Source: Gammaproteobacteria bacterium
GTDB taxonomy: Bacteria > Pseudomonadota > Gammaproteobacteria > Eutrophobiales > Eutrophobiaceae
DNA length: 64,000 nt
NCBI GenBank assembly: GCA_963422205.2
Contig: CAXMWX010000007.1
Span: 1 to 64,000 of the forward strand
Reading direction: 5' to 3'
Each line of letters starts with the position of its first letter. Position 1 is the stretch's first letter. The translations under genes and the position numbers were made by a program. Below the pieces are notes generated by a model. The model worked only from the letters and a program-made list of their open reading frames with translations, ran no database searches and had not been told where the DNA came from. Below, piece after piece: positions 1-13,646 of the stretch.

Positions 1-91
1 TGCCAAGTGCGGATACGACATCCGCCGATACGGTGTCCAGCTCGCCATCCATCAAGGCCGATAGTTGTGCTTTGTGTAACTCTGTCGTCAT
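1..91 (-). CDS. rseA: Anti-sigma-E factor RseA, N-terminus (runs off the window)
   Basis: Minus-strand reading from ATG at 91 gives MTTELHKAQLSALMDGELDT; LSALMDGEL is the RseA N-terminal motif; lies directly downstream of rpoE. Confidence 0.85.
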   Translation of the reverse strand, partial: MTTELHKAQLSALMDGELDTVSADVVSALG

Positions 92-107
92 CTCATCACC
101 TGTCGGG

Positions 108-743
108 TTAGTCGTCCAGCAACGGTCGTAGTTGTGTATCAATCGCTTCCCGTGCGCGGAAGATGCGCGATCGCACCGTCCCTATCGGGCAATCCATCAC
201 GGTCGCTATCTCCTCGTAACTCAAGCCTTCAATCTCTCTAAGGGTAATCGCCATACGCAGATCCTCTGGCAAGCCTTCAATCGCCGAGATCACAGTGGCA
301 TGAATTTCATCTGTCAGCAGCAAATGCTCCGGGGTTGCCTGCTCTTTTAGAGCATCATGATCGTTAAATTGTTCCACTTCTGTATAATCCTGCTCCATCT
401 CCAGGGGCCGGCGTGACTGCACCGCCAGGTGATTCTTGGCCGTATTCACGGCAATACGATACAGCCAGGTGTAGAATGCGCTCTCACCACGGAAATTCGG
501 CAAGGCCCGATAGGCTTTGAGGAACGCCTCCTGGGCGACATCCAGAGCATCGTGCTGGCTACGCACAAACCGTGAGGCGAGATTCACTATCCGGGTCTGG
601 TATTTAATGACCAGGGCATTATAGGCTTGCTTATCCCCCGCCTTGACCCGCTGCACCAGCACCTGATCGGTGGCATTATCCCCCGCCCCGCCGGTTCCAG
701 CCCCTGTAAATGCGCTTTTTCTGTTGCGTGATGGCACAGTCAA
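108..743 (-). CDS. rpoE: RNA polymerase sigma-E factor
   Basis: ECF region 2 (DVAQEAFLKAYRALPNFRGESAFYTWLYRIAVNTAKN) and region 4 (LSYEEIA..MDCPIGTVRSRIFRARE); divergent from nadB. Start codon uncertain. Confidence 0.95.
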   Translation of the reverse strand: MTVPSRNRKSAFTGAGTGGAGDNATDQVLVQRVKAGDKQAYNALVIKYQTRIVNLASRFVRSQHDALDVAQEAFLKAYRALPNFRGESAFYTWLYRIAVNTAKNHLAVQSRRPLEMEQDYTEVEQFNDHDALKEQATPEHLLLTDEIHATVISAIEGLPEDLRMAITLREIEGLSYEEIATVMDCPIGTVRSRIFRAREAIDTQLRPLLDD

Positions 744-954
744 TACGTATTAACTCTTTATTATGTAAGATTTTTTTATGGCGTTCTCGACTGCTTCTCT
801 CCCCCACTGGACGTGCAGGCCAACTGGGCTGGCACACCAAGGGGCAGGCATTTGCCGTCAGGAAAACGTTCAGGTCGTGATACAGATAGAATATACTAAT
901 TCAAGATCAGCGTTTTCAAAAACTTGCAGCGCATACCCAACCATACCAGCTAAC

Positions 955-2613
955 GTGCATCAGCAACAATACGCATCAGATGTCCTCATTATCGGCAGCG
1001 GTGCTTCTGGTTTAACCCTGGCCCTGCAACTGGCCGCCTGCTGCCGGGTGAGGGTGATCTCCAAGGCCCGGCTCAGCGAAGCGGCCACATTCTACGCCCA
1101 GGGCGGTGTCTCTGCCGTGCTGGATGCGGCGGATTCCCATGCCTCTCATATCAGCGACACCTTGCAGGCCGGGGCCGGCCTTTGTCAGGCGGACATTGTC
1201 GAGTTTGTCGTCAAAAATGGGCGTGACAGTATCCAGTGGCTGATCGATATGGGGGTGAATTTCACCCGTTACCCGGATGCCGAGGGCAAGGAATATCATC
1301 TGCACCAGGAGGGTGGACACAGCCATCGGCGTATCATCCATGCAGCGGACTTCACCGGTCAGGTCATAGAAAGCACGCTGGAGGCCCGGGTGCGGGCGCA
1401 TCCGCAGATTGCCCTGTATGAGTTTCACACCGCCGTTGATCTGATAAGCCAGGCGGGGGTGTGTGCAGGGGCTTATGTCTATGATCAACGGCGTGATACC
1501 GTGCAGGTGTTTGCCGCCAGGTTCACCGTGCTGGCCACGGGCGGGGCCGGCAAGGTCTATTTGTATACCAGTAACCCCGATATTTGCACGGGCGATGGGA
1601 TTGCGATGGCCTGGCGGGCCGGTTGTCGTGTGGCTAACATGGAATTCATCCAGTTCCACCCCACCTGCCTGTTCCACCCTGATGCCAAGTCGTTTCTGAT
1701 CTCCGAGGCACTCAGGGGCGAAGGGGCGAAATTACTGCTGCCGGACGGGCAGGCATTTATGCCACGCTTCCATCCCGATGCCGAGCTCGCCCCACGGGAC
1801 AGTGTCGCCCGTGCCATCGACCATGAGATGAAGCGCCTGGGCAGCGATTGTGTGTATCTGGATATCAGCCACCGTGACAAACACTTCATCCGCCACCACT
1901 TCCCCACCATCTATGAGCGCTGTCGGCAATACGGCGTGGATATCAGCCAGCAGCCCATACCCGTCGTCCCGGCAGCACACTATACCTGTGGTGGCGTCAT
2001 CATCGACCGCCAGGGACGCACCGACTTGCCGCATCTGTATGCCATCGGCGAGGTATCGTGCTCTGGCCTGCATGGTGCCAACCGCATGGCCAGCAATTCG
2101 CTGCTGGAGTGTGTTGTCTTCGCCCATGCGGCCTGTCAGGATATTCAGGCACAACTGGCCACCACCTCCATGCCAGAGGGCCTGGCGGCGTGGGATGAAA
2201 GCCAGGTGACCGATTCGGATGAGGAAGTGGTGGTATCCCATAACTGGGATGAAATCCGGCATTTTATGTGGGATTATGTCGGCATTGTGCGTAGCAACAA
2301 ACGGCTGCAACGGGCACAACACCGGATCGATCTGCTGCAAAACGAGATCCAGGAATACTACGGTCATTTCCGTCTTACCAACGATTTGATCGAATTGCGT
2401 AATCTGGCCATGGTGGCCGCCTTGATCATCACCTCTGCCATGCAGAGACGAGAGAGCCGGGGCCTGCATTTCAGCCTGGATTATCCGGTGGCGGACATGA
2501 CTGCCCGGGCCGAGGATACGGTGCTTTGCCCGGCAGACTCTGGCGCCTCGGCCTGCCTGCCACAGGCATCGGGCAGACGGGGGGAAAACAGCCGCTGTAT
2601 GCCGTATGATTAG
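955..2613 (+). CDS. nadB: L-aspartate oxidase
   Basis: FAD motif DVLIIGSGASG, plus YAQGG, EGGHS, QFHPT, GLHGANRMASNSLLE, ESRGLH. Start set at GTG 955; the ORF is open from 778. Confidence 0.95.
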   Translation: MHQQQYASDVLIIGSGASGLTLALQLAACCRVRVISKARLSEAATFYAQGGVSAVLDAADSHASHISDTLQAGAGLCQADIVEFVVKNGRDSIQWLIDMGVNFTRYPDAEGKEYHLHQEGGHSHRRIIHAADFTGQVIESTLEARVRAHPQIALYEFHTAVDLISQAGVCAGAYVYDQRRDTVQVFAARFTVLATGGAGKVYLYTSNPDICTGDGIAMAWRAGCRVANMEFIQFHPTCLFHPDAKSFLISEALRGEGAKLLLPDGQAFMPRFHPDAELAPRDSVARAIDHEMKRLGSDCVYLDISHRDKHFIRHHFPTIYERCRQYGVDISQQPIPVVPAAHYTCGGVIIDRQGRTDLPHLYAIGEVSCSGLHGANRMASNSLLECVVFAHAACQDIQAQLATTSMPEGLAAWDESQVTDSDEEVVVSHNWDEIRHFMWDYVGIVRSNKRLQRAQHRIDLLQNEIQEYYGHFRLTNDLIELRNLAMVAALIITSAMQRRESRGLHFSLDYPVADMTARAEDTVLCPADSGASACLPQASGRRGENSRCMPYD

Positions 2614-2792
2614 CGTCTCTTCGGCGTACAATCAATGTGGTTTCAACAGAAATAATGGAACAGTACAGCAAAAAATACCGGAGCCAATGAAAGCCGCCAA
2701 GCAGCGATGCCGCCTGATGACCACCGCCACGCTGGCATTAGAGGATGGGCGGGCGATGTCGTGTTGACATGGCGGAATAATCACCGGCGAGC

Positions 2793-3626
2793 GTGATGGC
2801 GGATTCTGGCGATAAGGCCCTGCGTCTGGTCAAGCTCTTGCAGAGCACCCTGGAATTGAGAAAGATCCTTGAATTGTTCGGCGATGAGGTCAAATCATCG
2901 GTGCAATACGATGGCTTCAGCTATGAATATGCCGAAGATAACTGCCGGATCAACATCGGTGAACAGGCCACCTGCCAGTGCAGCTACCCCCTGAACCTGA
3001 CCGACTCCCAGATGGGCGAGGTCACCTTCTATCGACAGGCACAATTTAACGCCGAGGAGCAGAAACTGCTGGAAAATCTGGTGGCGGTGTTGATCTATCC
3101 TGTACGCAATGCCCTGCTGTACCGCCAGGCCGTGGAAAGAGCGCATCGTGATCCCCTGACCGGCATCGGCAATCGGGCGGCGATGGACAAGGCCCTGGAG
3201 CAGGAGTTCGATATGGCCAGACGTTATCATGCGCCGCTCTCTGTCATCATCCTGGACATTGACAAGTTCAAGCCGGTCAACGACACCTACGGCCACATGA
3301 CCGGCGATACTGTCTTGCGTACTGTGTCAGACTGCATCGTCGAACACATGCGCCGCAGTGATATTATCTACCGCTATGGGGGGGAGGAGTTCCTGATTTT
3401 GCTGCGTAACACCCATACCCCCGGGGCGGCGCTGCTGGCCGAGCGTATCCGTCAGGCGGTAGAGAAAATGGCCGTCAGCCACGGCGATGCACACATCCAG
3501 GTCACCATCAGCGCCGGGATCGCCTCATTGCAGCATAATGAGGACATTAACAGCTTGCTGATGCGCTGTGACAAGGCGCTGTACAACGCCAAGCTGCACG
3601 GCCGTAATCGGGTCTCTGTCGGCTGA
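2793..3626 (+). CDS. Diguanylate cyclase (GGDEF domain)
   Basis: DPLTGIGNR, DIDKFKPVNDTYGH, RRSD I-site and RYGGEEF; GAF-like N-terminal region. Confidence 0.9.
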   Translation: MMADSGDKALRLVKLLQSTLELRKILELFGDEVKSSVQYDGFSYEYAEDNCRINIGEQATCQCSYPLNLTDSQMGEVTFYRQAQFNAEEQKLLENLVAVLIYPVRNALLYRQAVERAHRDPLTGIGNRAAMDKALEQEFDMARRYHAPLSVIILDIDKFKPVNDTYGHMTGDTVLRTVSDCIVEHMRRSDIIYRYGGEEFLILLRNTHTPGAALLAERIRQAVEKMAVSHGDAHIQVTISAGIASLQHNEDINSLLMRCDKALYNAKLHGRNRVSVG

Positions 3627-3664
3627 TGTATGCCGCCAGCCTGGCTATCACCATCACCGCCTGG

Positions 3665-6459
<2,795 letters not shown>

Positions 6460-6542
6460 GATCTACAGGATCATCCCGCCGGTGTGCTGGCAGAGGGAGA
6501 TACTGAACATCTTCCAGGTCGACATGCCGGGTACAAACATTG

Positions 6543-9500
6543 CTAGGCAGTCGCCGCCATCCGGGCCGCTTCTTCCATGTCCACCGATACCAGCCGGGAT
6601 ACCCCCGGTTCCTGCATGGTGACACCCAGCAACTGCTGCGTCATTTCCATGGTAATTTTATTATGCGTAATGACGATGAATTGCACCTCTTCGGCCATCT
6701 GCCTGACCAGCTCGCTGAAACGCACAACGTTTGCATCATCCAGCGGGGCATCGACCTCATCAAGAATGCAGAAGGGCGCCGGGTTGAGCTTGAAGATAGA
6801 GAACACCAGCGCCACGGCGGTCAGCGCTTTTTCCCCGCCGGAGAGCAGGTGAATCGTGCTGTTCTTTTTGCCTGGCGGCCTGGCCATCACCGTCACACCG
6901 GTCTCCAGCAAATCCTGACCGGTCATCTCCAGGCAGGCATGCCCGCCCCCGAACAGGATGGGAAAAAGTGTTTTAAGATGCTGATTCAAGCGATCAAAGG
7001 TGTTACGGAAACGTGTCCTGGTCTCTTTGTCAATCTTCCGAATCGCCGCTTCGAGTGTTGCCAGGGCCTGATCAAGATCGTCACGCTGGCTGTTAAGGTA
7101 GGTCTTGCGTTCCGATACGTGTTCATACTCATCAATGGCGGCAAGATTGATCGCCCCCAAGCGTTGTATTTTTCGCTCGGTACTTGCCAGCCTCTCCTGC
7201 CAGATGGGCTCACTCGCCCCGGCCTCCAGCTGCTCAATCAATGCCAGCGGCTCTCTCTGCAAGGCACGTAGCTGTTCAGCCACTGTTTGCAGGCGCACCT
7301 TGATTTCCTGCTGTGCCAACCGGCTTTGCTCCAACTCAGCACGCACCTCCTGCACGGCCTGTTCCGCATCACCCCGCTGCTGCTCGGCCTGCCGCAAGCC
7401 CTGCTCCCGGGTCTGCACATGCTCACGTGCCGCCGCCAGCCGGGTTTCCGCCTGGCGCTTCTCGGCCAGCTTCGCTGCAAGGTCGGCCTGTAATGCCTTC
7501 AGCGGTTGCTGTTCGGCGGCGATGCTGCTTGTCACTGCCTGAATGCGCTGATGCGTGCTGGCGATTTGTATGTCGTTGCGTTTTATGGCCTGTTCAATCG
7601 ATGCCTTCTGAGAGTTGCATGATTGCAGTTGCAGCGCAATGTCGTGGCTGTGCTGATGGGTGTTCTGCCATTGATTACGCGCCTTCTCCAGGGCCGCCTG
7701 GTGTGCGGCTCGAACCTCCTCCAGGTGGTGTTTTTGTGTCAACAGGGTGCGGCGCTCGGTATCGATCTGTTGCAGCCTGCCCTGCATACGAGTCAACTCA
7801 TCGTTATCACTCTCCTCTTGCAAATCCAGCCCGGCCAGCTCGTCCGTTATCTGTGCCAGGCGGCTGCGGCTTTGTTGATAACGGGCGCTGCACTCAGCAT
7901 GGCGTGCCTTTGCCGAGGCCACACGGTCTTGCTGCACGGCCTGCTGTTCCTGTAGAGCGGCCAGCCGTTGCTCCTGTGCATCGATGCCGCTGTCGGTCTC
8001 TGCCAGCTGGCGTTCCAGTTGTGCAATCTGTTGCTGTCGCGTCTTCTGATGCCGTTGCAGCGTGTTGAGTTGCTGTTCCCGTGAGAGCATCCCCGGCGCA
8101 TCAGCGGCTGGCCGGTTGATGCGAGTCCAATGGCGGTTAAGCCAGATGCCCTGCTGAGTCACAACGGACTCATCAGCGGCCAACTGGGGCAGTATCTGCT
8201 CGGCCTGTGGCCGATCATCGGCGATATAGATGCGTTCCAGCAGCCGCATCAGGGTGGTCAACCGGGTCGTGATCTTCTCTTGCAGACGCGGCAGGGCATG
8301 TGCCTTGTAAGCGCTGCTGTCGGTGCTGGCACGTAACAGGCCGATACGTCCGGCGGTGAGCTCGGCACTGCGGGCATTTATGGGTTGCAAGTCATCAACG
8401 ATGATGTCCTGGAGCAGATGCCCGGCCACCATCTCAAAGGCCAAACACCAGTCCTCCTCAACCACCACCTGATCAATCACCCGGTCAGCAGTCAATAAGC
8501 CGTTGTCATTCAGCCACCTGTCGATTGCTGTCTTGTGATCCAGCCAGTCTCCTCGCTGTCGTGCCTCCAGCGCGGCCACCTTCGCCTCATTGGCCTGCTG
8601 TTCGTTGCGTAACTTTAGCAGTTGCGAATTGAGCGGGAGTAACTGCTCGCGCAGCTGTGTACGCATATCCTGTGCCTGTAATTGCTGCTGGCGTTGCTGG
8701 CGTATCGCCTTCTCCAGCACAGTATGCTCATCGGCCAGCTGCTCAAGCTCTGCTTCTAATGCGGCCAGGTCCTGTGCTTCGGCTTCGCTGGCAAGGTGCA
8801 GACGGCGCTGTTTCACTTCCTGCAAGTCATCCTGCAAGTAGTCAATCCGGGTATGGGTAACTTCAAACTCACGGGTATGTTCAGCCAGGGTCTCGTTCAT
8901 CGTATCCCATTCGCTCTGCCACGCCTGCATGGCGCCCTCCGCCGTGGTCAAGGTGGTGTAGGCAGCATCACTCTGGCGGCGCGATCCGTGTAATTGCGGC
9001 TGTAACTGCTGGTATTGCTGCTGGATCGACTGCAATGCCTGACGATCCTGTTGCCGCTGTTGCTGCATCTCCTGTTCTGCCTGGCGGGCTGTCTCCAGAT
9101 CATGGGTCAGCGTGGTGAGCTTCTCATGGGTATGTTCGATCCTCTGCTCAAGATGGGAGATATCTGCGCCCAGTTGGTAGAAATCAGACTGGGTCTGGTT
9201 AAAACCGGCATTGGCGGCGGCGTATAACTGGCGCTGTTGCTCGATGCCGTTTTCGATCTCCCGCAGCCTGGCCATGCCCTGCTCTACACGGGTCTCATGG
9301 TGTGTCACCTGTTCGGATTTGCCCTTCACCTCGGCGGTCAACACCTGCCAGTTCAGCGCCAGTAATTCGGCTTTCAGTTGCCGCTCTTGCTGTTTTAACA
9401 CCTGATAACGCTCGGCTGCCCGGGCCTGACGCTGCAAGTGATTTAGCTGTTTTTCCAGCTCTTCACGAATATCATTCAAGCGAGCTGTATTCTCGCGGGT

Positions 9501-10058
9501 ATGGCGGATGCGGTTTTCCGTCTCTCTGCGCCGCTCTCTGAATTTTGATATGCCAGCGGCCTCCTCGATGAAGGTTCGCAGCTCCTCTGGTCTTGCCTCA
9601 ATCAGGCGCGAGATCATGCCCTGCTCAATGATGGCATAACTTCTCGACCCCAGACCGGTGCCCAGGAAAATGCTCTGAATGTCTTTTCGGCGGCAGCGGG
9701 TACCATTCAGGAAATAGGTCGAGATGGCTTCACGGTTAATCTGTCTTTTGATGGCAATTTCATGATAACTGGCGTACTGGCCGCCCAGCTTGCCATCGGC
9801 ATTGTCGAAGATGATCTCCACCGCTGCCTGGCCGGTGGGCTGGCGGGCACTGGAGCCGTTGAAGATCACATCCGTCAGCGCATCACCCCGAAGGTGTTTG
9901 GCCGAGCTCTCGCCCATTACCCAGGTGACTGCATCGATAATATTGGATTTTCCGCAGCCGTTCGGCCCGACAATGCCGACCAGGCTGTCAGGGACAATAA
10001 AAGTGGTTGGGTCAACGAATGATTTGAAACCGGCGAGTTTGACTTTGCGTAACCGCAT
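6543..10058 (-). CDS. smc: Chromosome segregation protein SMC
   Basis: GFKSF, Walker A GPNGCGKSN, long coiled coils, LSGGE signature, Walker B ILDEVDAPLD. Confidence 0.97.
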   Translation of the reverse strand: MRLRKVKLAGFKSFVDPTTFIVPDSLVGIVGPNGCGKSNIIDAVTWVMGESSAKHLRGDALTDVIFNGSSARQPTGQAAVEIIFDNADGKLGGQYASYHEIAIKRQINREAISTYFLNGTRCRRKDIQSIFLGTGLGSRSYAIIEQGMISRLIEARPEELRTFIEEAAGISKFRERRRETENRIRHTRENTARLNDIREELEKQLNHLQRQARAAERYQVLKQQERQLKAELLALNWQVLTAEVKGKSEQVTHHETRVEQGMARLREIENGIEQQRQLYAAANAGFNQTQSDFYQLGADISHLEQRIEHTHEKLTTLTHDLETARQAEQEMQQQRQQDRQALQSIQQQYQQLQPQLHGSRRQSDAAYTTLTTAEGAMQAWQSEWDTMNETLAEHTREFEVTHTRIDYLQDDLQEVKQRRLHLASEAEAQDLAALEAELEQLADEHTVLEKAIRQQRQQQLQAQDMRTQLREQLLPLNSQLLKLRNEQQANEAKVAALEARQRGDWLDHKTAIDRWLNDNGLLTADRVIDQVVVEEDWCLAFEMVAGHLLQDIIVDDLQPINARSAELTAGRIGLLRASTDSSAYKAHALPRLQEKITTRLTTLMRLLERIYIADDRPQAEQILPQLAADESVVTQQGIWLNRHWTRINRPAADAPGMLSREQQLNTLQRHQKTRQQQIAQLERQLAETDSGIDAQEQRLAALQEQQAVQQDRVASAKARHAECSARYQQSRSRLAQITDELAGLDLQEESDNDELTRMQGRLQQIDTERRTLLTQKHHLEEVRAAHQAALEKARNQWQNTHQHSHDIALQLQSCNSQKASIEQAIKRNDIQIASTHQRIQAVTSSIAAEQQPLKALQADLAAKLAEKRQAETRLAAAREHVQTREQGLRQAEQQRGDAEQAVQEVRAELEQSRLAQQEIKVRLQTVAEQLRALQREPLALIEQLEAGASEPIWQERLASTERKIQRLGAINLAAIDEYEHVSERKTYLNSQRDDLDQALATLEAAIRKIDKETRTRFRNTFDRLNQHLKTLFPILFGGGHACLEMTGQDLLETGVTVMARPPGKKNSTIHLLSGGEKALTAVALVFSIFKLNPAPFCILDEVDAPLDDANVVRFSELVRQMAEEVQFIVITHNKITMEMTQQLLGVTMQEPGVSRLVSVDMEEAARMAATA

Positions 10059-10245
10059 GGATCGTTACAATACCTTACTACCCTGCTGCCGTACAAGTGT
10101 TCTCTAATGACCGGATGGCCAGAGAACCACGGCCCTGCCAGCCCGGATTTTGCAAAGGCGATGGGCGGTGGCGGGCGGTTTTTTTTATGCGATTGTGTGT
10201 TATCGTTATGGCTATCGTGACAGGGATTAATCGGGACAGACACGC

Positions 10246-10644
10246 ATGACAGCGACTGGCGATACTGCAGATAATACACTTGAGACCTTTCCCAATCCGC
10301 ACCCGGAAAGAGACTATACGATCCATATTGACGTGCCGGAATTTACCTGCTTGTGTCCGAAAACAGGGCAGCCGGATTTCGCCACCATCACCATTGACTA
10401 TGTGGCACATGAGTTGTGTGTCGAGTTGAAATCGCTCAAGCTGTATATGCACGCCTACCGGCAGACGGGGGCCTTCCATGAGGCAGTGAGCAATCAGATA
10501 CTGACCGATCTGGTCGCGCTGCTGGCGCCACGTTTTATGCGTATCAACGCCCGATTCAATGCCCGGGGCGGCATCCATACCACGGTGGTTGTTGAACACA
10601 GACAGGCGGGCTGGTGCTGCCCATCACCTGTGCAACTCCCTTGA
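10246..10644 (+). CDS. queF: PreQ0 reductase QueF (short type)
   Basis: [31 protein letters not shown]. Confidence 0.93.
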   Translation: MTATGDTADNTLETFPNPHPERDYTIHIDVPEFTCLCPKTGQPDFATITIDYVAHELCVELKSLKLYMHAYRQTGAFHEAVSNQILTDLVALLAPRFMRINARFNARGGIHTTVVVEHRQAGWCCPSPVQLP

Positions 10645-10658
10645 GCCTGAGATCGGCC

Positions 10659-11447
10659 ATGCAGGACTTTATCTGCGGGGGCCGTTATGTCTTGTCCGGT
10701 TTTGCGCTGATCAGCCGGCCGGGAATACGCCGCTATGTCTGCATCCCGCTGGCGGTCAATTTTTGTCTGTTCGCTGTGGCTATCGTCCTTGGCGCACAGC
10801 AGGTGGAGCGATTCATTAGCTGGCTCACCGCTTCCTGGGCCTGGACTGAATGGCTCGCCTGGTTGCTGTGGCCGCTGTTTGGCTTCATTGCCCTGGTCAT
10901 CGTGTTTTTCTGTTTTTCCATGATTGCCAATCTCATTGCTGCGCCGTTTAACGGTATGCTCTCGGCGGCGGTGGAGACCTGTTTAACCGCCGGGGCCAGC
11001 CATCCGCCCGCCCATCCTGCACAACTCGCCGCCGGGCTCGCCAGCGAGATCATCCGAGCGATCCGGTCGGAGGCCGGTAAATGTGTGTATTTTATCAGCC
11101 GGGCTGTACTGCTGTTGCTGTTGTTTCTCATCCCCGTGCTCGGACAAACCGCCGCCCCTTTGCTCTGGCTGCTGCTCGCTGCCTGGATGTTGTCGCTGGA
11201 ATATCTGGATTACCCGCTGGGTAACCGTGGCAAAACATTCGCCGAGATACGACAGATAGCGGCGAGCAGAAGGCCGCTGCTGATGGGGTTTGGCAGTGCC
11301 GTGATGTCGCTGACAGTGATCCCGGTGGTCAATTTTATCGCCATGCCAGTCGCCGTTGCGGCGGCGACCCGGTTATCCCTGGAAAATATCTCTGGAAAAC
11401 CCGCCTGCCAGCGTGTAACCCCATCGCATGGCCGGGAAGTAAATTGA
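10659..11447 (+). CDS. cysZ: CysZ/EI24-family membrane protein
   Basis: Hydrophobic protein with IANLIAAPFNG.LS, EYLDYP and IPVVN...PVAVAAAT motifs. Confidence 0.85.
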   Translation: MQDFICGGRYVLSGFALISRPGIRRYVCIPLAVNFCLFAVAIVLGAQQVERFISWLTASWAWTEWLAWLLWPLFGFIALVIVFFCFSMIANLIAAPFNGMLSAAVETCLTAGASHPPAHPAQLAAGLASEIIRAIRSEAGKCVYFISRAVLLLLLFLIPVLGQTAAPLLWLLLAAWMLSLEYLDYPLGNRGKTFAEIRQIAASRRPLLMGFGSAVMSLTVIPVVNFIAMPVAVAAATRLSLENISGKPACQRVTPSHGREVN

Positions 11448-11565
11448 GCGGCATTTTCCCGTATAATAACCGACCGGTGATGTTCAGAACCGGTAATCAA
11501 TGCCAGGTGACAAATCCTTGTAAATCCGTATGATCCCGGTTCGTCCCGGATGGAGTGAAGCTAAG

Positions 11566-12414
11566 ATGGTTACGAAATCCCGCTCAAAGACAAGTTCGAA
11601 AAAGAAAGTCGCTAAAAAAACGGCAACGAAGAAAAAGGCTGTGGCTGGCAAGAAAACCACGGGCAAAAAAACCGCCGCAAAGAAAATAACCCGGGGCGCT
11701 AAAAAAACACCCCAAAAGACGACAGCAAAAAAGCAGGGGATCCGGGCAAAGAAGGCCGGAACCACGAAAAAAGTCAGCAAAAAAATTGTGAAGAAAGCGA
11801 GCAGAAAGACAAGCAAAAAAACAGCTCAAAAGAAAAAAATCACCCGCACCACCGCCAGACCAGCGTCTCATAAGACGGTCAAAAAGACGACTAAAAAGAG
11901 CACCACGAAAATAGCCGCCAAGCCAGGCAAAAAAGCCGCCAAAAAAACGCCAGGAAAATCCATGGTTGGCAAGGCCAGGGCGAGACCAACCACACGCCAC
12001 GACACCGACCGGCCTGATGTCACACCTTATCGGGAAAAATCCGGCGAGGATTACATGAATGCGGCGCAGAGCGAGCATTTTCGTCATCTCTTGAATGCGT
12101 GGAAAAAATCGCTGATGCAAGAGGTGGAGCGCACTGTTCACCACATGCAGGATGAGGCCGCCAATTTTCCCGACCCCAACGACCGGGCAACCCAGGAGGA
12201 GGAGTTTGCGCTGGAGCTAAGGACACGTGATCGAGAGCGTAAACTCATTAAAAAGATCAACGAATCCCTGCTGGCCCTGGACTCAGGCGATTATGGTTAT
12301 TGCGAGGTGTGCGGCATTGAAATCGGGGTGAAACGGCTGGAGGCACGCCCGACGGCGACACTCTGCATCGATTGCAAGACACTCGATGAGATCAAAGAAA
12401 AACAGCTTGGATAA
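11566..12414 (+). CDS. dksA: DksA with long Lys/Ala/Thr-rich N-terminal extension
   Basis: C-terminal DksA core with DPNDRA and zinc finger CEVC...CIDC; followed by gluQ. Confidence 0.93.
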   Translation: MVTKSRSKTSSKKKVAKKTATKKKAVAGKKTTGKKTAAKKITRGAKKTPQKTTAKKQGIRAKKAGTTKKVSKKIVKKASRKTSKKTAQKKKITRTTARPASHKTVKKTTKKSTTKIAAKPGKKAAKKTPGKSMVGKARARPTTRHDTDRPDVTPYREKSGEDYMNAAQSEHFRHLLNAWKKSLMQEVERTVHHMQDEAANFPDPNDRATQEEEFALELRTRDRERKLIKKINESLLALDSGDYGYCEVCGIEIGVKRLEARPTATLCIDCKTLDEIKEKQLG

Positions 12415-12495
12415 ATTTTTTTAATCACACGTATCGCCCAGCGGATCACATCGCTACCTCGCCGCATGCTCATCAGCCATTTCTGATCCCCGGTC

Positions 12496-13383
12496 ATGGC
12501 TGATACCTACACAGGGCGTTTCGCCCCCTCACCCAGCGGCCCGCTGCATCTGGGATCACTCATCTCCGCCCTCGCCAGTTTTCTTGATGCCCGCCGCCAT
12601 GCCGGCAAGTGGCTGTTACGCATTGATGATATTGATGCCCCCCGCTGCACCCCCGGCATGGCAACGCATATCCAGCAGACGTTGGAGCGCCTCGGGCTGC
12701 ACTGGGACGGCCGCATCCGCTATCAAAGCCAGCATCTCGATGACTATCTGGCCGCCCTGAATCGGCTTCAGCAGACCGGAGAGTTGTTTCGCTGTTATTG
12801 CCCCCGACGGCTGACCAAAGGCAAGTCCTGTCCGGGCAGATGCAGAGACAGCAAACAGCGGCAGGATAAAGCTCATAGTCTGAGAGTGAAGATGCGCCCG
12901 GAGGCCATGTCATTTCATGACAGCATACAGTCTGTCCTGGCCACCAGTCCGGATAAGGCGGTCAGCGATTTTATTGTGCGGCGTGCTGATCAGATGACAG
13001 CTTATAATCTCGCCGTGGTCGTTGATGATCAGGCCACAGGCGTCACGCACATTGTGCGCGGGACCGATCTGATTGACACCACATTCAATCAGTTGCACCT
13101 GCACACTTTATTAGGGCTGAAGCCACCCGGGTATGCACATCATCCAGTCATTGTCGATCCGGCGGGCAAAAAATACAGCAAACAGCACGGGGCGGTTGAC
13201 ATCCTGACATCAGGCCAGCCAAGCGAAGTGATCTTTCATGGCCTTAACCTGCTGGGGCAACAGCCGGAACCACAGCTACGGCGTGCGGAGGTATCGGAAT
13301 TGCTCGCTTGGGCGATAGCACACTGGCAACTGGACAACATACCCACAACAAGAAAAATCACCTCAACCCTGCGTTATATCTGA
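12496..13383 (+). CDS. gluQ: Glutamyl-Q tRNA(Asp) synthetase
   Basis: GRFAPSPSGPLHLGS, RIDDID, K(Y)SKQ; short GluRS paralogue lacking the anticodon domain; follows dksA. Confidence 0.92.
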   Translation: MADTYTGRFAPSPSGPLHLGSLISALASFLDARRHAGKWLLRIDDIDAPRCTPGMATHIQQTLERLGLHWDGRIRYQSQHLDDYLAALNRLQQTGELFRCYCPRRLTKGKSCPGRCRDSKQRQDKAHSLRVKMRPEAMSFHDSIQSVLATSPDKAVSDFIVRRADQMTAYNLAVVVDDQATGVTHIVRGTDLIDTTFNQLHLHTLLGLKPPGYAHHPVIVDPAGKKYSKQHGAVDILTSGQPSEVIFHGLNLLGQQPEPQLRRAEVSELLAWAIAHWQLDNIPTTRKITSTLRYI

Positions 13384-13646
13384 TAGAAAATTTTGTGGCT
13401 GGCTTTGTCGCTGTGGCCTGTATTATGATTTTACTCAAATAATTCATTGTCGATACAACCTGGCCAGGTGCGAATGTTCTTGTGAGAATCACTGAGCCTG
13501 CTCACATCTAAAGATGGCTTATCAAAAAATTCTGAACGTTCAGAAAAATTGAGCAAAACCCATCTTTTCTTTATGGATTCGATTTTTTTTCAAGGCAGGG
13601 TTTTAGGTGCGAAGGACACCCGCCTGAACGGACGGGAAAGGCGTGT

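Noticed and set aside
744-954. Sigma-E autoregulatory promoter upstream of rpoE
   Set aside because: No convincing GAACTT-N16/17-TCTGA match could be located.
10060-10245. PreQ1 riboswitch upstream of queF
   Set aside because: No recognisable preQ1 stem plus A-rich tail found by eye; a covariance search would be needed.
11584-12144. Phe-rich antisense ORF that looks like a membrane protein
   Set aside because: It is simply the complement of the AAA/AAG lysine codons in the dksA tail.
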